Virus record (IMG/VR): IMGVR_UViG_3300024254_000027
Span: 1 to 27,524 of that record
Origin: a virus
Lineage: Duplodnaviria; Caudoviricetes
Strand: one strand, 5' to 3'
DNA length: 27,524 bases
Numbering within the stretch: position 1 is the first letter of the stretch; every line of letters starts with the position of its first letter. Below are positions 7,560 through 15,445 of this stretch, one piece after another. A program made the translations under genes and the position numbers. The notes under the pieces were generated by a model. That model searched no databases, was not told where the DNA came from, and saw nothing but the letters and a program-made list of their open reading frames with translations.

Positions 7560-8265
7560 GGGGTTGCCTATTGCAGAAACCTTCCACTCAATCCAAGGTG
7601 AGGGAACCTACGTCGGCACTCCTATGCATTTCATCCGGTTGGCGGGATGTCCTGTGGGGTTTAAAGCTACCGAGGAAGCAGTTACAGCTCTCAAACCAGG
7701 AGACCATGAAGTAATCCCCGTTCTTGAGTCTGGACGACGCGGCTCACTGTGCAAAACCTGGGATGGACGACGCTTTACCTGCGACACCGACTTTTCCTGC
7801 CACACCTACAAAACTGTGGATGAACTAATCGGCGAAACCTGGGAGAAGCACATCTGTTTGACTGGGGGAGAGCCGCTTATCCATCAACAGAGTTTAATCC
7901 CTCTAGGGTTCTTCCAGAAGGCCTTTCAAAAGGGAATTATGATCCACATTGAGACTTCTGGCACTATCATGCTTGCTGAAGTCTTTCACCACGACAAGCG
8001 GGTTTGGATTACTGTCTCTCCCAAGTTTGACTGTAAGCTGGATATGCTATGCCTCGCAGACGAGATTAAACTTCTTGTGGATGAGAACTTCGACCCGAAG
8101 AACTTCTTTAAGGACCCTCAGTATAAAGGGCAAATCTTCCTCTCACCTATTAACGGTGAAAAGGAAGTCAACCAGAAGAATGTTGAGCTCACTTTAAAGT
8201 GGCTTGAACATTATCCAACATGGCGCTTATCCGCTCAATGGCACAAATTCCTAAACCTGAGGTGA
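7540..8265 (+). CDS. queE: 7-carboxy-7-deazaguanine synthase (radical SAM), atypical cluster motif
   Basis: ETFHSIQGEG, FIRLAGC, CDTD, LTGGEP, IETSG, VSPK, WRLSAQWHKFL. Confidence 0.93.
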   Translation: MLTEAGKGLPIAETFHSIQGEGTYVGTPMHFIRLAGCPVGFKATEEAVTALKPGDHEVIPVLESGRRGSLCKTWDGRRFTCDTDFSCHTYKTVDELIGETWEKHICLTGGEPLIHQQSLIPLGFFQKAFQKGIMIHIETSGTIMLAEVFHHDKRVWITVSPKFDCKLDMLCLADEIKLLVDENFDPKNFFKDPQYKGQIFLSPINGEKEVNQKNVELTLKWLEHYPTWRLSAQWHKFLNLR

Positions 8266-8268
8266 AGT

Positions 8269-8436
8269 ATGGTTTTAATTCCACATCGTGATGACAACGC
8301 CCCCTTCCTCATGACCGCCACCCGAGATGGAGAGTGTTCAGAATGCGAACTAGAGATCTTCGAGGGTGACAAAATGATCTGGGATCCCAAAGAGAAAAAA
8401 GCCTACTGTGAATCCTGCGGAGAGGATATGTTATGA
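8269..8436 (+). CDS. 55-aa CxxC/CxxC zinc-ribbon protein (not in ORF track)
   Basis: GAGGTG SD; CSEC...CESC; ATGA overlap with next gene. Confidence 0.75.
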   Translation: MVLIPHRDDNAPFLMTATRDGECSECELEIFEGDKMIWDPKEKKAYCESCGEDML

Positions 8437-8798
8437 GCGACCCGCATATCTCCTTCCGGAAACCAAAATGTATCATCGAACAAGACTGTATGTCCTGGTC
8501 GCATAAATACTACCTCTATCTTGGTCGTCACTATCACCATGCTGGGAAGGAGTGTTGGGTTGTAGGAGCCATCAATACAGTCACATCCGAAGACCGAGCG
8601 CGCCACTACAACACTGACGCGGGTTCGGCAGACCCAAAGGCCGAAGCCTTAGTCTTCTGGGAAGCCTTCCTCACCGGAATGACACGCGCGCCCGAAACGG
8701 AAGAAAAACATGATTGGGAGATCGAGTTGCAAAACTACCTCCAGAAAGAGGCAAAGAAACATGGCTACACAGAAGAAAAACCAAACATTATCGTCTGA
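8433..8798 (+). CDS. Hypothetical protein
   Basis: Translationally coupled 121-aa ORF with GAGGA SD. Confidence 0.7.
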   Translation: MSDPHISFRKPKCIIEQDCMSWSHKYYLYLGRHYHHAGKECWVVGAINTVTSEDRARHYNTDAGSADPKAEALVFWEAFLTGMTRAPETEEKHDWEIELQNYLQKEAKKHGYTEEKPNIIV

Positions 8799-9042
8799 TC
8801 CTGTTAACCATCCAGAGCATTACAACGTAGGAAGGATTGAAGTTATCGACTTTATCGAAGACCAGGGTTTAAATTTTCACCTTGGGAATGCGGTGAAATA
8901 CATATGCCGTCCTAGGAAGTATATACACAACGACGTTGAATTCTCCGTAAAGAAACGTATCGAGGATCTTCAGAAAGCTGTTTGGTATATCCAAAGGCAG
9001 ATCCAAAACCATTCTAAGGGGTTAACCAATGGACCTCGGTAA
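8761..9042 (+). CDS. DUF3310 protein (T7 gp1.7-like nucleotide kinase family)
   Basis: DPVNHPEHY, IEVIDFI, GNAVKYICR, EDLQKAVWYI. Confidence 0.88.
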   Translation: MATQKKNQTLSSDPVNHPEHYNVGRIEVIDFIEDQGLNFHLGNAVKYICRPRKYIHNDVEFSVKKRIEDLQKAVWYIQRQIQNHSKGLTNGPR

Positions 9043-9580
9043 AATCGAACGCGGAGTGAAGTTGATCCTGCAAGGCCTCGACTGTGACCTACGCGACCAA
9101 AACTTCCTCGAAACACCCGACCGTGTCGCCCGAATGTACAACGAGATGTTTAACTGTCCGGATGTGGATTATCCGACGTTCGAAGAACACTACAATAACT
9201 TTATACTCCTCCGCGGACATGAGATATGGGGGTTTTGTCCTCACCATCTACTGCCAGTCGAGATGTCTGTCGATGTAGCCTACATCCCTAACGGTCACGT
9301 ACTTGGGTTGTCCAAACTCGCCCGTTTACTGCACGACATCAACCGCGGCCCAATCCTCCAGGAGAAGTTCACAAATGACGTCATCGACAAGATCTACCAA
9401 GTCCTCCCGTCCTGCAAAGGTGCGGCGTGTGTCGTCACCGGGAAACATGGATGCGCCAAGATACGAGGGGTTCACACCAAGGGGGATTTCCGAACCTACA
9501 GCATTCGAGGAGAATTCCAGTCAGATCCGGATCAGGAGAGAAGGTTTCTCGAGCTCGCCAGAAACGGGCACGGCAAATGA
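9029..9580 (+). CDS. folE: GTP cyclohydrolase I
   Basis: ETPDRVARMY, CPHHLLP, GLSKLAR, LQE, HGCAKIRG. Confidence 0.96.
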   Translation: MDLGKIERGVKLILQGLDCDLRDQNFLETPDRVARMYNEMFNCPDVDYPTFEEHYNNFILLRGHEIWGFCPHHLLPVEMSVDVAYIPNGHVLGLSKLARLLHDINRGPILQEKFTNDVIDKIYQVLPSCKGAACVVTGKHGCAKIRGVHTKGDFRTYSIRGEFQSDPDQERRFLELARNGHGK

Positions 9581-11982
9581 ATGAAAAACCCCCATCCTGT
9601 ACCGGGTGTCCCTACTTCGACCGCCCTATGGTCCGAGGAGACGGCCACCCGAATGCCCAACTCTTCATCCTCGGACAATCTCCGGGTGATAGGGAAAGGG
9701 AGTCGGGCAAACCATTCTCGGGCCCCTCGGGTGAGGTGCTTAACACTGCACTTCGAAAAGCTGGTATTTCCCGGGCCCAGAATTACGTTAGTAACATGGT
9801 TAAGTGTTATGTACCCGCGGGAGAGAAAATACACCCGGAGGCGGTTAAACACTGCAGACCTCTCCTACACCGCGAGATGGAGCTTCTCTCTAACTGCAAA
9901 ACAATACTTACGGTTGGTAAGGAAGCTTTTGATGGATTAACCGGAAAGGATCTAAAAGTCTCCCATGACAGAAAATCCTGTGAGAAAAACCCTTCAGCTT
10001 GGCTCCGAGGTGCTCCCTTCAGAATGGATAGTACAGGACAAACTATCATTCCAACTATCCACCCATCCTTTGTCATGCGATCAGGCTTCCTTAACGCGCC
10101 CACCTTTGAATACGACGTGGCCAAGGGAGGAGATTTTGCTGACAATGTTCGAATGGTCCCTCAGGTGCATTACAATCACAACGCGTCTGACGCCGAAGTA
10201 CTCGAATATCTCGAACTTATCCTTTCCCGTGGAGAGTGCGGACTTGATATTGAAACTCCAGAGGCCACTGCCGACGAAGACGAGCTGGACTCGGTGGTCC
10301 AAACTAATATCGACCTTATTGGATTATCAGCTAACGTTGGAGAATCAATCGGAGTACATCCTGATCAATTCCATCTGCTTGATTCGTTCTTCACAAATAC
10401 AAGCCGATCACCAGTTACTACCTGGGTTTACAACGGCGGATTTGATTTTCTCCATCTTGGTAAACGATGGGATCTTCGAGGAGTCAGGCCTGCGGATGCT
10501 ATGATTGGGTTTTATTTATTATGGCCTGATTTAATGGTAAAAGACCTCGCGACAGCTACTTCCTACTACTGCGACATGCCCTATTACAAAAACTGGAGGA
10601 AGTTACAACCGGAGAAGTATAACACGTTGGGGAATTGTTACGACACCTATGCTGCGTTAGAGATTGGACAGAAGGTGCAGGCTGAGATGCAGCGTAAAAA
10701 AATCGACATGCGACCTCTCTTCTGGTCTCTCATGCCTGTCATCAAAGCGGTCGAACCATGGCGCACTAAAGGCTGTAACTACAACACGAAAGAAAGCATG
10801 CAGATGTTGGTGACACTTTCGAAGACCTTGCAAGCGTACGAAACCTGGTGGAGTAGTAAATTACCTCTGGTTGATTGGGGCTCGCCGAAGCAGTTAGTTA
10901 CACTCTTTACCTCAATGGGCCAGAACGTTCCGAAGAAAAAGCGTCCTAACGGCACCTTCACACCCTGTATGGATGATGAGGCGTTGGAGACGTTAGCAAA
11001 GAGAGGAGTACAACTTGCAACCCTCATTCGTGAAATGCGTACTCTCCGAAAAGCCTCTGACTTCGTTGATCTTGCAGATAAAGACGGAAGAGTGCGTACT
11101 CGAGCTAAACTTCACGGACAAGCAGGTGGAAGAATTCAACTTGTCGATAAGTCGTTACAAACAATCCCAGAGACTCTCGGAGGAACTTATCCTCGAAGTC
11201 TTATTATTCCAGATCATGCTGATGATCTCATCTTGGTTTCAGATTTCTCCCAAGCTGAGTTCTTCATCTACGCCTGGTACACCCAAGACCCCGAGTTGTT
11301 AGCTATTCACCAATCAGGAGACTACTGTTATGGATTCTTCCACGAAGAAATCTGGAAAGAGCCGTACTTCCAAGAAGGGAAGCCGCGGCAGAAGAAGTGG
11401 GCACGTAAAGACATCGAACCATGGAAACTTCTTGTCACAAAAAGCTATCCACTTGGATTTACTTACGGACGTAAGGCGGTGGAGTCTAAATATAAATGGC
11501 TCCTTGAATGGTATCACAAGAAGTTTACCCGCGTTGCTCCTTTCCATTCAGAACTCATCTTCCAAACAACGCGAGACGGGTATCTGCAAACTGTCTATGG
11601 TAGGATGCGAAGGTTCCCTAACCCTCGTGGACAACACAACCAAATCCTCGCTTTCCCAGGTCAAACAACCCTCGTTGACGTCCTCATTCGAAATGCTATC
11701 GTCCCGCTTACGGAGTCTCTCCCAAGGTTGTTCGGACCAAGATCGCGAGTACTTTTCTCGGTCCATGATTCAGTTGTCTGTAACATTCAAGGAGCTGCTA
11801 AACAAGTTACCACCGCAACGGACGCCTGTGAACACGTCGACGCAACCTTACAAGCGCCAATCCCAGAGATGAATGGGTTTGCTCTGCGATGTGAGACTAA
11901 GACAGGTCCTAACTGGTATAAAGTATACACCAAGGAGCAATGGTTTGAGCAGAACAATACCAGAACAACTAGCGTTGTTTAG
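9577..11982 (+). CDS. polA: Family A DNA polymerase with N-terminal family-4 uracil-DNA glycosylase-like domain and 3'-5' exonuclease
   Basis: UDG: CTGC, GQSPGDRE...PFSGPSG, NMVKC, HPS; Exo: DIET, NGGFD; Pol: DFSQAE, KSYPLGFTYG, VHDS; start revised to ATG 9577 (ATGA overlap with folE). Confidence 0.92.
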   Translation: MNEKPPSCTGCPYFDRPMVRGDGHPNAQLFILGQSPGDRERESGKPFSGPSGEVLNTALRKAGISRAQNYVSNMVKCYVPAGEKIHPEAVKHCRPLLHREMELLSNCKTILTVGKEAFDGLTGKDLKVSHDRKSCEKNPSAWLRGAPFRMDSTGQTIIPTIHPSFVMRSGFLNAPTFEYDVAKGGDFADNVRMVPQVHYNHNASDAEVLEYLELILSRGECGLDIETPEATADEDELDSVVQTNIDLIGLSANVGESIGVHPDQFHLLDSFFTNTSRSPVTTWVYNGGFDFLHLGKRWDLRGVRPADAMIGFYLLWPDLMVKDLATATSYYCDMPYYKNWRKLQPEKYNTLGNCYDTYAALEIGQKVQAEMQRKKIDMRPLFWSLMPVIKAVEPWRTKGCNYNTKESMQMLVTLSKTLQAYETWWSSKLPLVDWGSPKQLVTLFTSMGQNVPKKKRPNGTFTPCMDDEALETLAKRGVQLATLIREMRTLRKASDFVDLADKDGRVRTRAKLHGQAGGRIQLVDKSLQTIPETLGGTYPRSLIIPDHADDLILVSDFSQAEFFIYAWYTQDPELLAIHQSGDYCYGFFHEEIWKEPYFQEGKPRQKKWARKDIEPWKLLVTKSYPLGFTYGRKAVESKYKWLLEWYHKKFTRVAPFHSELIFQTTRDGYLQTVYGRMRRFPNPRGQHNQILAFPGQTTLVDVLIRNAIVPLTESLPRLFGPRSRVLFSVHDSVVCNIQGAAKQVTTATDACEHVDATLQAPIPEMNGFALRCETKTGPNWYKVYTKEQWFEQNNTRTTSVV

Positions 11983-13405
11983 GGGAGCGATGGAGGGGAA
12001 GAAGTTGCCGAGAACTCATCCTGCTTTTGAAGGGGTGACGAACTTCCTGAAGACTCTACATCCTGGTTCAGTCCCCGTGGATGAACGCGAGTCGTTAAAA
12101 ACCCTGGTGTGTGAGACTTTTGAGTTAACAACCGACGAACTAATCGAGGTGGTGTATGGTATACAAAACAACAACGGAACCTCCCAAATCGGAGCCAACT
12201 TCAAACGCTCCCACTACGACCCGGAGTTGGCTGAAAGGGAGCTTGACGCTCTCATACCGGAGACGGGATTTTTTAGAGATTATGTTGAATATACCTCTCG
12301 GGCGGAAGCGCCTTTGCCCTATCACTTCTTCTCTTCCGTTGTGGGTGTGGCAGCCGTGTGTAATCGTAGAATTTGGGTGGAGATGGGATACTTCAATTTC
12401 TACCCTGCGACTGGCGTCATTATTCTTGGACCGTCCGGACTTCGTAAAACTTCAGCAGCGGATATTATTGTTAAAATGTTACAGGAGTTACAAATTACGC
12501 CAATATACAGCGAGAAGTTAACCCCCGAAGCCCTAATCGACTCCATGAAAGGTGAAAATGCGACTGGACTTATTTATGCTCCCGAGATGGCCGTTTTTCT
12601 CAATAAGCAGAAGTATAACGAAGGACTTGTACAGCTTATCACCCGGTTTATGGACTGTCCCGACGAGTGGGCCTCAGGCACCATTATGCGGGGTAAGACT
12701 CCTTTACGGAATATTGCCATATCAGTTCTTATGTGCTCTACCCCCGACTGGTTTGTTACTAACATTCCAGAAGATACGTTTGGAGGGGGATTCATGGCGC
12801 GTAATTTGCTGGTTGTACAAGAATCATCTGTGAGATGTGAACCCATCCCAAGGCCGGGAGACCCCACCATTAAAGAACGTTTGATGATGCAGCTCGCCTG
12901 GTTCCACACATTTATGGGCGCGTGCAAAATCGCAGGCCACACAGGTATCCAAGGCTGTGCATGTAAATTCTGTTCCTGGTACCGCAAACACACTATCGAT
13001 TCCCAACACCCCGAACATGAGTTGTTGGGGACGTATTATCAAAGGAAACAAGGGCATGTTGCGCGGCTGGCGATGTGCTTACATGTAGGGACTCACTATG
13101 AATACGACATCCATACAATATGCGAGGAGTGTTTTGAGAGAGCGGTTAAAATCCTCGATTGGAATGAGAAGTTTCTGCCTAATCTCTTCCGTCAACTTTT
13201 CAAAACTCAAGCAGGTCAGGATGCAGAAATTATTCTCCGGGCTATTAGATCTAGTGGAGGTTCGATTTCTCATTCAGGCCTTGTGCGCAAAATGCAATAC
13301 AAATTCGCCGCCACGCAAGTCAAATCCATCATCGCGTCGCTCAAGGAAGCGGGACAGTTGAGGGAAGAGAATAATGTGTTGGGGCATCTCTATATTCTTG
13401 AATAG
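11945..13405 (+). CDS. DUF3987-like P-loop NTPase (putative replicative helicase) with C-terminal winged helix
   Basis: EAP, ILGPSGLRKTS Walker A, TPEAL, GGFMAR; probable TTG start 11945 after AAGGAG. Confidence 0.75.
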   Translation: MSRTIPEQLALFRGAMEGKKLPRTHPAFEGVTNFLKTLHPGSVPVDERESLKTLVCETFELTTDELIEVVYGIQNNNGTSQIGANFKRSHYDPELAERELDALIPETGFFRDYVEYTSRAEAPLPYHFFSSVVGVAAVCNRRIWVEMGYFNFYPATGVIILGPSGLRKTSAADIIVKMLQELQITPIYSEKLTPEALIDSMKGENATGLIYAPEMAVFLNKQKYNEGLVQLITRFMDCPDEWASGTIMRGKTPLRNIAISVLMCSTPDWFVTNIPEDTFGGGFMARNLLVVQESSVRCEPIPRPGDPTIKERLMMQLAWFHTFMGACKIAGHTGIQGCACKFCSWYRKHTIDSQHPEHELLGTYYQRKQGHVARLAMCLHVGTHYEYDIHTICEECFERAVKILDWNEKFLPNLFRQLFKTQAGQDAEIILRAIRSSGGSISHSGLVRKMQYKFAATQVKSIIASLKEAGQLREENNVLGHLYILE

Positions 13406-13415
13406 GAGGAGTAGT

Positions 13416-13571
13416 ATGACAGTACAAGAAGTAATTGACATTCTCAACAAAGTTGAAGATAAATCAGTGCCTATCTTCATTGACTGTAACTACTGTGGTA
13501 AAGGTCTTGAATTCAAGGCGTTGGATAAAGTATATCTTGTTAGATCTTCAATACTTCATCCACCAAGGTGA
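13416..13571 (+). CDS. Small hypothetical protein with CxxC
   Basis: AGGAGGAG SD; MTVQEVIDILNK...CNYC. Confidence 0.7.
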   Translation: MTVQEVIDILNKVEDKSVPIFIDCNYCGKGLEFKALDKVYLVRSSILHPPR

Positions 13572-13575
13572 CAAT

Positions 13576-14001
13576 ATGGCTGAAAACTGGGTTAAAGTCG
13601 CACGAGATCTCGGTTACACGGACGAAAAATCTATGTGGGAAGATCTCTACACCACTCAGAGGTTGTCGATTGAGGAGCTGCACAAAAGGCTAAACTACGG
13701 CATGCACACCATCATCCGTAGGCTTGAACGCTGTAAAATCGACCGTCGACCGACAGGAGGAGCTCGCTACAGCCCCAATCAACGTGCCAAACTATTCCAC
13801 CTCGACCAACGGGTTATCTGGACCCTTACCATCAAAGAGTTATCTAGCCTGTTGAATATCTCAACAGCTTTAATCTCCAAATACCGAAACTTCTACGAGG
13901 GAGAGTTTAATGAACTTTTGCATAATTTGCCCTACAGCGGGACTGGAACGATATGCAACACTATCCAAAACACACCTAGTGTTGGCACAGATCAAGGATG
14001 A
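13576..14001 (+). CDS. Helix-turn-helix DNA-binding protein (two HTH-like segments)
   Basis: LY...LSIEELHKRLNYGMHTIIRRL and LTIKELSSLLNISTALISKY. Confidence 0.65.
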   Translation: MAENWVKVARDLGYTDEKSMWEDLYTTQRLSIEELHKRLNYGMHTIIRRLERCKIDRRPTGGARYSPNQRAKLFHLDQRVIWTLTIKELSSLLNISTALISKYRNFYEGEFNELLHNLPYSGTGTICNTIQNTPSVGTDQG

Positions 14002-14713
14002 GAAGTACCGCCAATTCTACCTAGAAAGGAGAGCCCATGGGGATACTATTATCCTGGACAACGGTGCATACGAACTTGGTAAATCACTCGACCAAACCTC
14101 GTTTGCACAAGCCGTTCGGTTTTACTCTCCGCAGTACATTGTATGCCCTGACGAGCTATACCAAGACTGGGAACGTACTTACTCTCTCACGAAGAACTTT
14201 CTCGATCACCACTATGATGAGTTTCGCGAATTGGGTTGCAAGTTCATCGGGGTGCCCCAAACCACCAAAGGAAACATAATGGGATGGATGGAAGGGTTGA
14301 TACGGATGGTGGAAGAACTGCCGCTTGATGGAATTGGGTTACCTAGAGCTCTCGTAACACACTACTACGTTGACCCCCTTACTCGTGTTAGAGCCTGCGA
14401 ATTCCTCAAACGCCGTTATGAAGGCGACCAACTCTACATCCACGCATTCGGGATGGTTAAGGGGAATGTTGATGAGTTAAACATGCTCCGCGATGCCCAA
14501 TGTGACTCAATCGACTCTTCAGCGCCAGTTTGGAGAGCGTGGTCGAAAGGAATTAGCCTTCTTTGTCAAGACCACTTTAAAGTATGGGATGAGGTAGGAA
14601 CCGAATGTGACTTCAACGTCAACTGGCTCCCTTCCCCTGATAATCATAACCAAATACTTATCAACCTGGAGGCTTGTGGATGTCAACTTCAGCACAACTC
14701 GGTAGCAAAATAA
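13910..14713 (+). CDS. TGT/DpdA-like DNA guanine transglycosylase
   Basis: TIM-barrel motifs in TGT order: LDNGAYE, CPD, GVPQ, GIGL, IHAFG, DSIDSS; co-occurs with folE/queD/queE/queC. Confidence 0.78.
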   Translation: MNFCIICPTAGLERYATLSKTHLVLAQIKDEKYRQFYLERRAHGDTIILDNGAYELGKSLDQTSFAQAVRFYSPQYIVCPDELYQDWERTYSLTKNFLDHHYDEFRELGCKFIGVPQTTKGNIMGWMEGLIRMVEELPLDGIGLPRALVTHYYVDPLTRVRACEFLKRRYEGDQLYIHAFGMVKGNVDELNMLRDAQCDSIDSSAPVWRAWSKGISLLCQDHFKVWDEVGTECDFNVNWLPSPDNHNQILINLEACGCQLQHNSVAK

Positions 14714-14928
14714 TCCACGACGGAGTTACCTGTGACGTCCAACGCATCGTTCACTCTTCCACCGTCTTCCAAGACGAGACGGAACTCTACATCCTAGAGG
14801 AGACGTACGCTCAACTCCTCTCCGAAACCGGGAAGATCATCTTCCTGATGTTCAACCAAACCAAACACCCGTTTGTGAATGAAGCGGGGGTGAAAGGATT
14901 AAATGTGAAGGTATGGAAGCGATTCTAG
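14680..14928 (+). CDS. Hypothetical protein
   Basis: GGAGG SD before ATG 14680; overlaps both neighbours. Confidence 0.65.
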   Translation: MSTSAQLGSKIIHDGVTCDVQRIVHSSTVFQDETELYILEETYAQLLSETGKIIFLMFNQTKHPFVNEAGVKGLNVKVWKRF

Positions 14929-15317
14929 GAGTAGAACCGAAGATCAAAATCCCAAAACCAATCGGTGGACGGATTATCGTCCGCACGATTCAGACGTCCT
15001 TAACCATCGAGGAGAAGTACAAAAAAGCGGGTCTCTACGGTGTGTCTGCGCAGAAGGAGAAACCCCGCAACTCTATCGGTTTCATCCTCGCTATCTCGCA
15101 GGATCCCCTAATTCAAGAAAACTTCAAGGTAGGGATGATGGTGTACTTCCCTCCATTAATGGGCACCAACATTCAACTAATGGGGCAGGAATTTCGTGCA
15201 TTGGATTTTAACGATATCCTCTCTACCCTTGAAGAGGCAGAAGCCCCGGAGGAGTACAAGAAGGAAGCTCAAGCATTCCTCCGAGGGGAACAACCAAACG
15301 ACGAGGTGTCTATTTAA
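14913..15317 (+). CDS. GroES/Cpn10-like co-chaperonin
   Basis: KPIGGRIIVR, AGLY, GFILAI, KVGMMVYF, GTNIQLMGQEF, DILSTLE. Confidence 0.8.
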   Translation: MEAILGVEPKIKIPKPIGGRIIVRTIQTSLTIEEKYKKAGLYGVSAQKEKPRNSIGFILAISQDPLIQENFKVGMMVYFPPLMGTNIQLMGQEFRALDFNDILSTLEEAEAPEEYKKEAQAFLRGEQPNDEVSI

Positions 15318-15432
15318 CGTTACACACAACAGGAGGGATGCATGGAGGGTTGCCGCAACATAGCTTCACACCCTCAGCCAAACTTCCGGCAGCCAAAACG
15401 ACAAACAGCACAAACTTAACCGACATCTTCAT
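15310..15432 (-). CDS. 40-aa secreted cysteine-rich peptide (not in ORF track)
   Basis: AAGGAG SD 7 nt upstream; MKMSVKFVLFVVLAAGSLA|EGVKLCCGNPPCIPPVVCNVK: Sec-type signal peptide plus CC-x4-C-x5-C. Confidence 0.75.
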   Translation of the reverse strand: MKMSVKFVLFVVLAAGSLAEGVKLCCGNPPCIPPVVCNVK

Positions 15433-15445
15433 GGGAGTACTCCTT

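Noticed and set aside
9427-9576. N-terminal extension of the polymerase given by the ORF track
   Set aside because: Overlaps the conserved folE C-terminus; ATG 9577 gives an ATGA coupling right before the UDG domain
15331-15445. Plus-strand start at 15338 or 15342 behind AGGAGG
   Set aside because: Spacing to 15338 is 1 nt, and the purine runs are the reverse complement of Pro-Pro codons in the minus-strand peptide; not fully excluded
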